A program made the translations under genes and the position numbers. DNA of 55,330 bases from a virus (lineage: Duplodnaviria > Caudoviricetes), in the IMG/VR virus record IMGVR_UViG_3300003267_000247, positions 1 to 55,330 of that record; one strand, 5' to 3'. Positions 1 to 9,729 of the stretch are shown here, piece by piece. The notes below the pieces were generated by a model. That model saw only the letters and a list, made by a program, of their open reading frames with translations. It ran no database searches and was not told the DNA's origin. How positions within the stretch are numbered: the first letter of the stretch is position 1; every line of letters begins with the position of its first letter.

Positions 1-46
1 GGCTATTCGGATTAGTTGGTTGAAATCAACACAGAACGATTTACAG

Positions 47-490
47 TTATGGAACCATTTTGCCAAGTTCCGTACTGACATAGGTAGGTTCGCGCCAGCG
101 CCATAGAACGGTCATCGGGGGGTTGCTGTGTACCCACTCGCGCACGGCATCGGGTGACGTTAGGCCACTCACAACAATTCGACCAGGGCTGCTGAGAAAG
201 TCAATTAGCGCATAGTCACCACGCGAGTCTTGACCAGGAAGATAGCCAACCGCTATGTCTACAGCGGGCTTGATCAAGACGCTGCCACAGCGATCACACT
301 TAGAGTCTAACCATCCGCGTCGCGCAAGCCATGTAGGTGCATCATCTCCAAAGTTTGATTCATTCGGAATGTATTCAGAGCTATCAATACTCGGCCATCC
401 AATCACTCTGTCGGCGTTTTTATTTGCAGCCTCCAAACAGATTTCCGAACAGTAGAGCCATGTCCTCTTGCGCATATAAAGTACAAACAT
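47..490 (-). CDS. hypothetical protein
   Basis: 147-aa ORF co-oriented with neighbours; one CxxC; no recognisable family; start uncertain. Confidence 0.4.
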   Translation of the reverse strand: MFVLYMRKRTWLYCSEICLEAANKNADRVIGWPSIDSSEYIPNESNFGDDAPTWLARRGWLDSKCDRCGSVLIKPAVDIAVGYLPGQDSRGDYALIDFLSSPGRIVVSGLTSPDAVREWVHSNPPMTVLWRWREPTYVSTELGKMVP

Positions 491-574
491 GTGTCAGTCC
501 TTTCTGGTAGGGATCAACCAACTAATCCGAATAGCCCAAAATCATCAGCCCTTGGATAATGCGCTCGATTTTTG

Positions 575-802
575 TCATTTCTTTGCCTCTCGATCTAGTC
601 TAACAGTTTCTAGCGCATCATCACGGATTTTTGTCAATAGCTCGATAATTTTATCGATTGTAGGCAAAGTAGCGACGATAAACACATCACCATCTTGCTC
701 AAAACGTACCACCGAGCTATTGACGAGTCCTGTTTCGTTGTTAATCCAAAGCTTCGCCGTAATGTCTTCTGGTAGCTCGACAACCTCTAATCGTGTGCTC
801 AT
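575..802 (-). CDS. hypothetical protein
   Basis: 75-aa ORF, AAAGGA SD upstream, ATGA overlap with the 799..972 ORF. Confidence 0.7.
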   Translation of the reverse strand: MSTRLEVVELPEDITAKLWINNETGLVNSSVVRFEQDGDVFIVATLPTIDKIIELLTKIRDDALETVRLDREAKK

Positions 803-972
803 TTATCGGTGTCCTTTGCTGCTTGTCCAAGATCGAATGCCTTTAGCAACACGTCTTCGATAATATCAAATGTCTGTAGCGCGTTTGGCGTCTTATCCTG
901 ATGATACAACCGCTCGTAAAGCTCCATTGTTAGAGCTACAATTCGCGCTGCTGCGTAATCATCGATCTGCAT
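799..972 (-). CDS. small hypothetical protein (57 aa, not in ORF track): MQIDDYAAARIVALTMELYERLYHQDKTPNALQTFDIIEDVLLKAFDLGQAAKDTDK
   Basis: Translated by hand; GAAAGG SD, lies just downstream of a promoter, its TGA overlaps the next ATG. Confidence 0.7.
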   Translation of the reverse strand: MQIDDYAAARIVALTMELYERLYHQDKTPNALQTFDIIEDVLLKAFDLGQAAKDTDK

Positions 973-1007
973 TACCGTTGCCTTTCGTGTAATTGTTAAC
1001 TGCGCTC

Positions 1008-1036
1008 ATCATACACCCACGCGTGTTATTTGTCAA
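1008..1036 (-). promoter_or_regulatory. sigma70-type promoter TTGACA-17-TATGAT
   Basis: Near-consensus hexamers with 17-bp spacer, in the gap after thyX. Confidence 0.7.
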
Positions 1037-1058
1037 GCCCCCAATCGTAAAGATTTGG

Positions 1059-1823
1059 TTAACGTTTGTAGTGTGGACTACTGAGTAACAATAGTTCTAA
1101 GAATTCCTCATCATCAACACCTAAAGCCGATAATGTCTGTAAAAGCTTTTTGCCGCTAGCCTCATCAGCGCGGATACTATCAAGCGCCATAAACACTGTA
1201 GGTAGATACTGCCGTAATATATTCTCTACTGCACAAGCAATATCACGATGTTCTTTTTGTGTATCTTCTGCGGTACGCAGTGCAAGATAATGTATCCACG
1301 ATCGTACATTACCTGTCATGTAGATTGTTGTTTGTGTTGCAAGCGGCATAACCATACGAGCAACTTCTTTTGCTACCCCATGTACTCGCAAATCAAGATA
1401 CAGTGACTTAGCTTGCTCAAAAAATGCAACAATCGCTTCACTAGCTTTCTGATCGTAGTTATTTTGTGCTGTTCCAATAGTTCTAATAACAGGATCGAAC
1501 ACATCTGTACTAGACTGACGGTTTTTTAATGCCTGCTTACGTACTTCAACAGGCTCTATATCAGTAGTAGCACTGTAACGTTGCGAGTATTCTTGAAATG
1601 AGAACGAACGATGCCGTAGTATCTGTGCAGCTATTGCACGACTTGTAACGATTTCAAACGTAAACATAGCATGCTCAAACGGGCTATAGTGTTTATGCTT
1701 AATAAGGTATGCAATAAGTTTTGCATAATCTGGATTATCTTGGTTTGCTGGATTAGATACGCGCGCCACGTAACTAATAAATGCCTCTGGATTTGGCGTG
1801 TGGTTAACTAGCGTTACTTTCAT
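1059..1823 (-). CDS. thyX: FAD-dependent thymidylate synthase ThyX (likely start ATG 1823)
   Basis: RHRSFSFQEYSQRY signature, HYSPFEH, KEVARMVMP, QKEHR motifs. Confidence 0.96.
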   Translation of the reverse strand: MKVTLVNHTPNPEAFISYVARVSNPANQDNPDYAKLIAYLIKHKHYSPFEHAMFTFEIVTSRAIAAQILRHRSFSFQEYSQRYSATTDIEPVEVRKQALKNRQSSTDVFDPVIRTIGTAQNNYDQKASEAIVAFFEQAKSLYLDLRVHGVAKEVARMVMPLATQTTIYMTGNVRSWIHYLALRTAEDTQKEHRDIACAVENILRQYLPTVFMALDSIRADEASGKKLLQTLSALGVDDEEFLELLLLSSPHYKR

Positions 1824-2046
1824 CGGTTTCCTCAAACTCAACGAGTTTTTCAATGCGCGGGTTATTATAATCATTCATGTATACATATTCCCATATTCCT
1901 GACGGAAAAAGAGCTATTGCTTGTGTTGTGTCGCTCCGCATATCGTAGAACTCGATATTATTTTTAGAATCTAGCTGCCAACCATCGGCGTATATTTCTA
2001 TTACCTTTCCAGTATATAATACAACGGCCCAAGTATACTCTCTCAT
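1804..2046 (-). CDS. hypothetical protein
   Basis: 80-aa ORF coupled to both neighbours. Confidence 0.7.
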   Translation of the reverse strand: MREYTWAVVLYTGKVIEIYADGWQLDSKNNIEFYDMRSDTTQAIALFPSGIWEYVYMNDYNNPRIEKLVEFEETDESNAS

Positions 2047-2975
2047 AAATGTTTTCCTTCTTTAAAGTATTTTTTCCAATAATCAAAGTTTCTGCGATTA
2101 CCGTTTAGTGGTGTATTTCCGATATCTGAGAAATGAAACGGATGATTATTAATGAGTAACAAAAATCCTAACATAAACGGTGGAAACACATTCAATCTGC
2201 GGCTTTTATACCAAAAACGATCCGGTGTTAACATTGCACCTATTGATATACCAATATGCCCTTTTTCCCCATACCGATGCCCGCGTAAATGATCATGTCC
2301 TACTGCAACATTACGATCGAATAAATCAGCAATACGAGAAGCAAGATAGCCAGGATCTTCATGATACGATGATAAATGCCCAACAACCCAGTCGTCACCA
2401 CGTAAGAAATAATCATAATCTGTTGCGGTTACTTGATTACTTAGTTGTCCCTGTAGCACTTCATTGTAAATCAAATCTTGAAACGTACTTCCACGATGTT
2501 TCTTTAACCAGTATTCATCGTGATTGCCGCTTACGACACGTATTGACTCAAAATGATACGCAAGTACATGTAGTATCTGCCTTGCGTGGCTAATATCTGT
2601 ATCAACATCTGTTGATGGCTCACCCTTATTCATGGGTGAAATAGCATTGAAGTCATGTAAATCGCCTGCAATATCAACTTGCTTGATTTTTGCTGCGCGG
2701 GCTAACTCTATTGCTGTATTAAGTAGTTCACTATTTTGATACGGTGTGTGAATATCACCAATGATCAATGCATCAGCATACGGTATTGTTAATACTGATG
2801 CGACAAGTTTCTCAGCAGGTTCGGGAATAACAATGTTGTTACGTGCATCTAGTAGTGATTTACGTAACTCACTTGCTTTATTTGCATCACCAAACTCTAG
2901 TTGTGCCAACTGTGCATAGGTATGATTAGGTTTCAATGCAAGCAATCTGCGTACTTGTTCGTAATCTAACTTCAT
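2043..2975 (-). CDS. calcineurin-like metallophosphoesterase with possible N-terminal HTH-like segment
   Basis: GDIH, GDLHD, GNHD and GHDH metal-binding motifs. Confidence 0.88.
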   Translation of the reverse strand: MKLDYEQVRRLLALKPNHTYAQLAQLEFGDANKASELRKSLLDARNNIVIPEPAEKLVASVLTIPYADALIIGDIHTPYQNSELLNTAIELARAAKIKQVDIAGDLHDFNAISPMNKGEPSTDVDTDISHARQILHVLAYHFESIRVVSGNHDEYWLKKHRGSTFQDLIYNEVLQGQLSNQVTATDYDYFLRGDDWVVGHLSSYHEDPGYLASRIADLFDRNVAVGHDHLRGHRYGEKGHIGISIGAMLTPDRFWYKSRRLNVFPPFMLGFLLLINNHPFHFSDIGNTPLNGNRRNFDYWKKYFKEGKHL

Positions 2976-3358
2976 TATAAATCATGGATAAAAAATCGTT
3001 GCCCATGTTTTGACAGAAACTCAATAAGACGTGCTTTTCGTACAGAAGTATACTGATTTGCGATTGTATTTATAAATCGTTCATCGGTATAACCACTTAC
3101 TGTACTGATTGCGGTGAGCATACGCGTTAACGTTTGCTCAATAATATCAGTTGTTGTATTATATATTTGTGCTATCTCTGGCGCGTTGTAGCCAGCAATG
3201 TAATCGTTTAGCACGTGTAAGTCAAAATAACTAAAAACACCTGCCAGGTAGAGAGATGAAATAGCGTTTGATATGTCACTTCTTTGATCTACACCTAAAC
3301 GATTTAGCCCATAATCAAGCATAAGCTCTTTCAGCCAACCGTTTGATGTATTATTCAT
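2975..3358 (-). CDS. hypothetical protein, possible sigma region-4-like HTH
   Basis: GYNAPEIAQIYNTTTDIIEQTL resembles an HTH. Confidence 0.5.
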   Translation of the reverse strand: MNNTSNGWLKELMLDYGLNRLGVDQRSDISNAISSLYLAGVFSYFDLHVLNDYIAGYNAPEIAQIYNTTTDIIEQTLTRMLTAISTVSGYTDERFINTIANQYTSVRKARLIEFLSKHGQRFFIHDL

Positions 3359-4118
3359 CCTCTTCTGTACCTACTTCACTTGTAATATAACAAAGATTAT
3401 AAAAAGCACACTCTCTTTGACATGTGGTATCAATCTGTCTACGCGGATAATCTGCTTGCGTTTTACTTGTTTTACTGATCATAGCCATGATATCTTCAAC
3501 AAGATATGTTAGTTTTTGATCAAACCCTGTAAATATATCTATTTCAACAAGTTTACCTGTGCGCAGTTGATTCCAAACCACAGCAGTTGGTAACTGTCCA
3601 TAGATTTGTTGATAAGCCCATGCGTACAAAATAAACTGTCCATCGTTATCTAGCAAATCTTTTGTTGGTACACGTGATTGTGATTTATGATCAATAACAC
3701 GTCCATCGCGTGTAATCATATCAATAATACCCGTAACGTAAAAAAGCGGAGCTTCTTTGTTCGGATATGGTAAAAGAAACTCAAATTCAAGTTGTATTGG
3801 ATCAAAACGTGTCCAATCAAACTCGCGTAGGATTTTCTTACCCATTGCCATGAGTTTGTTAACCCATTCAGCGCCCTTTACTTGTCCAATCTTTTCTTGT
3901 TCTTCTACCGCTTTGAGTAGGTAATCTTGAAAATAGAACGTTGGATTGATCGTACTGTCTTTATAATAGGCTTCGATTGTTTTATGTAATGCGGTACCGA
4001 ATAATGCGCTAATACCAGCTTGATCCTTTGGCCGCTGATTTTTCGGTAACACATACTTATAAAAGTATTGTCGTTGACATGTGCGAAAAGATTTTAATCT
4101 TGACGCGCTAATCGTCAT
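3351..4118 (-). CDS. PD-(D/E)XK RecB/Cas4-like exonuclease
   Basis: ISASRLKSFRTC, GTALH, GIIDMI..DHKS, QFILY, C-terminal CxxxCxFxxxC cluster. Confidence 0.88.
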   Translation of the reverse strand: MTISASRLKSFRTCQRQYFYKYVLPKNQRPKDQAGISALFGTALHKTIEAYYKDSTINPTFYFQDYLLKAVEEQEKIGQVKGAEWVNKLMAMGKKILREFDWTRFDPIQLEFEFLLPYPNKEAPLFYVTGIIDMITRDGRVIDHKSQSRVPTKDLLDNDGQFILYAWAYQQIYGQLPTAVVWNQLRTGKLVEIDIFTGFDQKLTYLVEDIMAMISKTSKTQADYPRRQIDTTCQRECAFYNLCYITSEVGTEEDE

Positions 4119-4749
4119 GTGTTTTCCTTTGTGTATCATGTATTAGTTCCTGCTCAACGTGCTTATAGGCCCATAAAAGATCAGGTAATACGATACGATA
4201 ATAGTTAAGTCTTTTTTCAATATATTTTACCATTTCTTCAACTTCGTTCCAATTTTGCGCACGTGGAAGCGTTGTATGTCCTCTATTCCATTTTTGATCG
4301 AAAAGGATTGCTACGCCCTTAAAATCAATAAGATTTTTAGGACTATCATCGATCAGTATATCTGCTTGTACCCATGCTTTGGGTGCAGTTGCCATGATAA
4401 TGTTTTTTACTCTTGGATAGTGTATCTGTAACCACTCCCAACCAGCTTTTGCTGCAATTGGATTTGCTATTTTTGTGATTATACCAAGATCATACCCACG
4501 ATCAAGCCAGCTATTGATAACACGCTGGCTATCTGGATAAACAAGCCCATTTTTCCAAACAGTATCAACAGTAAAATACTGAAAGATATCAACTGGACAG
4601 TTATTATCTTTACAACGTTGCCCATCTTCCCATTCATCTGCGGTAAGTGTATGGATACTACCATACTCTTTATTATGTAGTTCGTACCAATGATCTACAA
4701 ATGCATAAAGTACATCGTCTTTATCGATTAGAATCCTCAAATTGCTCAT
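4108..4749 (-). CDS. HAD-family 5'(3')-deoxyribonucleotidase
   Basis: IDKDDVL (DxD) motif I, DILIDDSPKNL motif IV, LFDQKWN. Confidence 0.85.
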   Translation of the reverse strand: MSNLRILIDKDDVLYAFVDHWYELHNKEYGSIHTLTADEWEDGQRCKDNNCPVDIFQYFTVDTVWKNGLVYPDSQRVINSWLDRGYDLGIITKIANPIAAKAGWEWLQIHYPRVKNIIMATAPKAWVQADILIDDSPKNLIDFKGVAILFDQKWNRGHTTLPRAQNWNEVEEMVKYIEKRLNYYRIVLPDLLWAYKHVEQELIHDTQRKTHDD

Positions 4750-5128
4750 GAACGTCTGTTGGTATTCCCCTTTCTTCTGCTAATCGTACCATATTCCATG
4801 TGCCCCTGCTTTGTGGATCAGGGAATGCAAGTACCTTGTCTGGTTGTGGTTCTTCATCTAACATGGCTGCATTACGCAGGTTGCCTGCATTTAACCCATC
4901 GCGTTCCCATGAGTAACCGTAGTATTCTACAGGTCGAGACTGTATGTTTTCTTTTGGTATACCAAGTAATAGCGCCTGTAGGTGTGCTTTTCTATCGCCA
5001 CCGCGTGCATTTCCATGTCGAATAATAATGTTGCGCGCGCCGTGTGTATTTACTTCCGCATCTATAGCATTACGGATTGTTTCATCATCGGTATATTCTC
5101 TACCGGCTGTTATTTGAATAATAATCAT
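4721..5128 (-). CDS. SLOG-family (DUF2493/YspA-like) protein
   Basis: ITAGREY, HGNARGGD, AGNLRNAAML, VLAFP..SRGTWNMV motifs. Confidence 0.82.
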   Translation of the reverse strand: MIIIQITAGREYTDDETIRNAIDAEVNTHGARNIIIRHGNARGGDRKAHLQALLLGIPKENIQSRPVEYYGYSWERDGLNAGNLRNAAMLDEEPQPDKVLAFPDPQSRGTWNMVRLAEERGIPTDVHEQFEDSNR

Positions 5129-5490
5129 AACTCGTACGTCTGTTTGTGTTGATAACTTGCGGTTTTGAACATCTCTTTACGAAACTCTAGCAACCGTATT
5201 CTATTTTCCACAATAGCTAACTGCGCGTCCAACTCTGCTAACTCATCCTGTAGCAAGTATGTTGCTTCTAACTTCAACATGCGTGTATCATTTGAACGAG
5301 GTCGATCAGCAGTAAGCACTACGTTGTTTTCAACACGTCTAATCTCACGTTCTAACTTTGCGCGTTTTGCTTGTAACTCACCGCGCTTTGTATATGCTTC
5401 TGATACATCCGCATAATCAGGTGGGTTTTTCATCCATGGGCTTAACTTTGTTGCTAGCTCGTTAACAAGCAATGTTTCACCTAGTGCCAT
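5125..5490 (-). CDS. coiled-coil protein, possible UvsY-like recombination mediator
   Basis: 121-aa helical protein directly downstream of the recombinase; function inferred from position. Confidence 0.45.
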   Translation of the reverse strand: MALGETLLVNELATKLSPWMKNPPDYADVSEAYTKRGELQAKRAKLEREIRRVENNVVLTADRPRSNDTRMLKLEATYLLQDELAELDAQLAIVENRIRLLEFRKEMFKTASYQHKQTYEL

Positions 5491-6486
5491 TTATTCATCA
5501 CCTTCTATTTCTTCTGTTGCTTCTACTGTCATAAGGCGATCAACAACGGCTTGTGTGATTTCTAGCCATGGAAAAGATTTTTTCATTTGCGCGCGGCCAT
5601 GTGCTTTATATTGTTGATCATCATAACTTGGATAGTAGTATCTTGCGCCGCGTTGTTCAATGATATCGTAGCGTAACGCAAGTTCAATGATGTGTGCTTG
5701 ATAATCAATACCTTCTGTTGATACAAGTTCAAACTGAACCTTGATGCCTTTTTTGCCGCCCATTTTGTTCTTTGCAACAAAAATATCAATCACGTCTCGA
5801 TCTTCATTCTGTTCGATACGGCGTAGCTCCCATGTAAGTTTGCTTGCATAACCGATAACTCTTGCACCGTACGCCTTTTTATCTGGTGCATGGCCCATTT
5901 TATTAATGTTTGCACGGTACTGATTAATCACAACAACAAGCGTTTTTGCATCCATGTATGCCTGCATGTGTTTAATATGCCGTTGAATCGCTTTTGCTTC
6001 TGTTCCTAGTTTCTCAGGATCATTATGATCTTTATCGGCTTCATCTTTTGCAACAATCTGGCCGATTGAATCGATTAGGAAAAACTGTACACCGGCAAGT
6101 AGTGCTGCTTCTGCTAGATTAAATGAATCTTCTGCAAATCGTGTACGAACTACTTTTACTTTACTCACATCTACACCAAAGGTTTCAGCGTACGCAGGAT
6201 CAAAACTACGCTCAAAATCAAGTACAATCGCATTTACTTGTTGCCCTTGAATGTTTATTTCTCGCAAGCCACTTTCTTGCGCTCTTGCAAGTAAATCCAT
6301 AGATAGGCTTGATTTTCCATGTCCACTTTCACCAAGTAACTGTATAATACTTCCGCCTGGTATCCCACCTTCAACGCTTGTTACTGCATGAAGTGCAGCT
6401 AAACCAATGGGAAAATAATGTTTATCAGTAAAGTTAACGGCAAGATGTTTTTCATAATCTTGCCATAGTGCTGCTGCTGATTTCAA
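5491..6486 (-). CDS. recA: RecA/UvsX-like recombinase
   Basis: GGIPGGSIIQLLGESGHGKS Walker A, DFERSFDP, IDSI, INQYR, KNK motifs; TTG start with AGGAG SD. Confidence 0.92.
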   Translation of the reverse strand: MKSAAALWQDYEKHLAVNFTDKHYFPIGLAALHAVTSVEGGIPGGSIIQLLGESGHGKSSLSMDLLARAQESGLREINIQGQQVNAIVLDFERSFDPAYAETFGVDVSKVKVVRTRFAEDSFNLAEAALLAGVQFFLIDSIGQIVAKDEADKDHNDPEKLGTEAKAIQRHIKHMQAYMDAKTLVVVINQYRANINKMGHAPDKKAYGARVIGYASKLTWELRRIEQNEDRDVIDIFVAKNKMGGKKGIKVQFELVSTEGIDYQAHIIELALRYDIIEQRGARYYYPSYDDQQYKAHGRAQMKKSFPWLEITQAVVDRLMTVEATEEIEGDE

Positions 6487-6508
6487 GGTAACTCCTTTTC
6501 TTTTTGCT

Positions 6509-6538
6509 ATTATACCATAGCCTTATTATTATTGTCAA
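6509..6538 (-). promoter_or_regulatory. sigma70-type promoter TTGACA-18-TATAAT with extended -10 TG
   Basis: Perfect hexamers upstream of the recombinase. Confidence 0.75.
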
Positions 6539-6545
6539 GCCGTTG

Positions 6546-8546
6546 CTACTTATCGTAGCGTTGTGATTCCTTTGGCACTACGCTTAGTGTTTCGTATTTG
6601 CCAACAAGATCAGCAATCGTTGGCAACGTATCCCGAATCGATTGTTCCATAGCTGCTTTCATAAGTGCTTTTGCTGTATCAACGTAACTGTCAACTGCTT
6701 CAACAATGATTTCATCATGAACAGTAATAATGATTCTTGCACGTTTCATATCAAGACTCTTCCATAAGTACCGTATGGCAACTTTTGTCATTGTTGCACT
6801 GGTACCTTGAATGGGCGCGTTTTTCCCTTCCCTACCTGCTGCTAACTGCTTCCAAAAACGCTCTCTTGGTGGTGAAAAGTGAACAATGTTACGATCCCAA
6901 TTTCTTCGACGCCCCCATGCATCTGTTACATATAGATCAGTAACAGCTTTCTTTGCGTTTGTTTCAAGGTATGCAGCAGTTTCAGGAAATAGCGCAAACC
7001 ATTGTTTGATAAGTTCATCGCCTTCTTTTGCAGTAAACTTAATACCAATCAACGCAAGATCAATGTTTAACTGCTCACTAAGGTTCTTTCCTGTTGTACC
7101 ATATGCGTTACTATAACTCGTACGTTTTGCACCTTGACGAAAAGACTTCCACGGTTGCTTACTTTTATTTTCTTGGCTAATCGATTCAATACCGCGCTGT
7201 TGCATGATTTGCCCAAAGATTTCTTGCACAACGTACGTATGAATGTCACCATGAAGTATTTGATCGAGTAGCTTCTTATCATGTGATAATACTGCAAGGA
7301 TAACAAGTTCAATTCCACTAAAATCTGCAATGATTAACTTACGGCCTGCTTTTGCTTCGATAGCTTTTCTAATACTATATTGCCCTAAGCCAAGTAACTC
7401 AAGCTTTAAATCATTTGGTAAGTTCTGAAAGTTTGGCCCAACACTGCTCATACGACCTGTTCTATGTGCGCCTAGTAACTTAAAGCCTGCATGTATGCGC
7501 CCTGTTATCGGATTAATCGATTCGATCAACCCTTCAATAAACGTACTTACAAGCTTCCGTGCGCCGACAAGGAACGTATATGCGCGCAATACTTTGTTAT
7601 TTAGTAACTTATAATCATCTAATGCATCGGCTACATCTTCATCTTCAATCAGATCATGATAATCAAGATTATCGAATTTTGTGTTTTTCTTAGTATTCGC
7701 TAAATCCCAACGTTGCACAACTTTACTGTTCAAACTTGGTACGTTAATACCTGCACGATGCAACATATCAAGTACTGCAATTGGCGAGTTACTATTAACA
7801 ACTGCATACCCATCACGTGAAAAAAGTATTTCTTCTGCTACACCCGCACCAATAAGAATATCTTGAAACGCTTGATCTGCTTGTTGCGTGAATCGGTAAA
7901 AGGGTTCTCGCATATCTTCGAGTGTCTGCTTATTGATCGGTTGTCCGGTATACTCCATCATAGCAACTGGTGCAATATCATCCATTTCTAACTGATATAC
8001 ACGCTCTAGCTGCTTATCTGCTATTTCCTGCATTTGCTGTGCATATACACGTAATGGATAGACGGCATCCATTTTTGAGTACTCTATTTGTTCTTCTGTA
8101 AAGGTTGTGCCAACTTGCCAACCAATAAAATCTTCTCTGATCTCTTTATCAAGTTCAATGCCTAAACGCCGTGATACTACATCTTTTAGACCGAAACGCA
8201 TTGGTAGACCGGCGTTGATAAGTTGATCGGCAATCATTGTGTCATGCATGTGTACCATCATGATTTTACCATGATGGTAGAACTGTTTCCATTCTGCGGT
8301 AAGGTTATGCCCTACCTTTAGAATCTTCGGATCTTCGATAATGTCACGCAACATGGTAAACACAGTAGTATTATCAAGTTGTGTCATATCAATAACATAT
8401 GCTTGATTTTCTGTTGCCAAAGATATGAGAAGTAGTGTACTTGCATATACATCAAGACTTGTAAACTCTGTGTCAATACCAATCATTGTGGCTTCACTTA
8501 TCTCGTTTATTGTCGCGCGAAGTTGTTTTTGTGTTGTAATCAGCAT
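6546..8546 (-). CDS. polA: family A DNA polymerase with 3'-5' exonuclease, no 5'-3' exonuclease
   Basis: ExoI DTE, GHNL, DAVY; RTGRMSS..PNFQNLP; motif A ADFSGIEL, motif B RQGAKRTSYSNAYG, motif C VHDEI. Confidence 0.96.
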   Translation of the reverse strand: MLITTQKQLRATINEISEATMIGIDTEFTSLDVYASTLLLISLATENQAYVIDMTQLDNTTVFTMLRDIIEDPKILKVGHNLTAEWKQFYHHGKIMMVHMHDTMIADQLINAGLPMRFGLKDVVSRRLGIELDKEIREDFIGWQVGTTFTEEQIEYSKMDAVYPLRVYAQQMQEIADKQLERVYQLEMDDIAPVAMMEYTGQPINKQTLEDMREPFYRFTQQADQAFQDILIGAGVAEEILFSRDGYAVVNSNSPIAVLDMLHRAGINVPSLNSKVVQRWDLANTKKNTKFDNLDYHDLIEDEDVADALDDYKLLNNKVLRAYTFLVGARKLVSTFIEGLIESINPITGRIHAGFKLLGAHRTGRMSSVGPNFQNLPNDLKLELLGLGQYSIRKAIEAKAGRKLIIADFSGIELVILAVLSHDKKLLDQILHGDIHTYVVQEIFGQIMQQRGIESISQENKSKQPWKSFRQGAKRTSYSNAYGTTGKNLSEQLNIDLALIGIKFTAKEGDELIKQWFALFPETAAYLETNAKKAVTDLYVTDAWGRRRNWDRNIVHFSPPRERFWKQLAAGREGKNAPIQGTSATMTKVAIRYLWKSLDMKRARIIITVHDEIIVEAVDSYVDTAKALMKAAMEQSIRDTLPTIADLVGKYETLSVVPKESQRYDK

Positions 8547-8857
8547 TATTTTCTCAATGTTACCTGTAAGTTATCGTTAACTACAATAGAAATACCGTTT
8601 GCTACTCGCGCAACGTATACATCTTCAATCACGAAATTAAGCTTGCCTGCATTTGTAATGATCTGTAAAACAGAAGGAGTCTTACCATCGCGCTTTTTAG
8701 GCGGGTTATCCATCTTACTTACAGCAGCGATGGTAAGTTCCTGAATGATTACATCAGCAAATGAAAAACGCGCAAAGCTAAGAGTCAATGGTACGTTGAT
8801 AAAGTCTGCAAAATCACGCTGCCATACTTCTAAAATAGCTTTGTCTACTTTTTTCAT
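8546..8857 (-). CDS. hypothetical protein (likely start ATG 8857)
   Basis: GGAAGGGG SD; coupled to the polymerase start. Confidence 0.65.
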   Translation of the reverse strand: MKKVDKAILEVWQRDFADFINVPLTLSFARFSFADVIIQELTIAAVSKMDNPPKKRDGKTPSVLQIITNAGKLNFVIEDVYVARVANGISIVVNDNLQVTLRK

Positions 8858-8858
8858 A

Positions 8859-9632
8859 TTATACCCCTTCCATAAAGTCCCGAAACTGATCCAATCGTAA
8901 AATATAGTATTCACCGTCCGGTACACGTACTTTTGCTACATCATAGCCGTTTATGGTTGTGAAAAACTTTTCTAGTACGGGTTGAAGCAAGCCGTAAAGA
9001 ACGCGTACTTTGCCGCTATCAAAATGCATTAAATCGTATGTCGGTACATCTGCGTTATACAATGCTGACAGTTGTTCAGTAAGGATACTGCGCTTACGTA
9101 CCCAATTTAAATGATCTTTACGAATAAAAACATAGTCTTTACTCGATTGGTGGTAATGAATAATCAGTATAGCAAATTGCGCATTTGCAGATATTGCATC
9201 GCGTTGCATTTTATCAAACCACTCCAACACAAGCTGTATTCTACCTTCACCTTTGTTGCCTACGATTGCACTTAACTTGCACTCGATAAGATATTTTTTC
9301 TTTTTATCAGCAAAAGGGATCGTCACGTCACCCTTATATGCAGCAAGTGCGCCGCTACTTGGTGTGCGTTGCCCGCGTAGATACTTTGCGATTCTGCGCT
9401 CCATATCACCTGCTCTGCGACGATTTGTTGCATTAATTTGTTTACGTGTTCGTTTATAGACAGCTTCGCTTGTTAGTGGTTCAGGACGTACTACACGATA
9501 GTATGCATTTTTTGCTGCTAGTTTTTCAGCGTCGGTTTGCTTGCGTTTCTTTTTGATGACTGTCGTCAATCTCTTTCTGACCGCCGGTAGTTTCGTCAAT
9601 GTTTTTTTCCTTGTATATTGGTTCGTTACCAT
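8859..9632 (-). CDS. Holliday-junction-resolvase-like PD-(D/E)XK nuclease with basic N-terminus
   Basis: RRAGDMERRIA..SGA..KGDV..LIECK pattern of Hjc-type resolvases; start uncertain. Confidence 0.72.
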   Translation of the reverse strand: MVTNQYTRKKTLTKLPAVRKRLTTVIKKKRKQTDAEKLAAKNAYYRVVRPEPLTSEAVYKRTRKQINATNRRRAGDMERRIAKYLRGQRTPSSGALAAYKGDVTIPFADKKKKYLIECKLSAIVGNKGEGRIQLVLEWFDKMQRDAISANAQFAILIIHYHQSSKDYVFIRKDHLNWVRKRSILTEQLSALYNADVPTYDLMHFDSGKVRVLYGLLQPVLEKFFTTINGYDVAKVRVPDGEYYILRLDQFRDFMEGV

Positions 9633-9729
9633 CAGGACGTACTATTTTTTCATAAATAGTACCCTCATGAATACCGCCAACGGGTATCTCTACACGTGGC
9701 TTGAATATCTTTTTTAGTATATTTATCAT
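9526..9729 (-). CDS. hypothetical protein
   Basis: 67-aa ORF coupled to the helicase stop; overlaps the next ORF. Confidence 0.45.
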   Translation of the reverse strand: MINILKKIFKPRVEIPVGGIHEGTIYEKIVRPDGNEPIYKEKNIDETTGGQKEIDDSHQKETQANRR

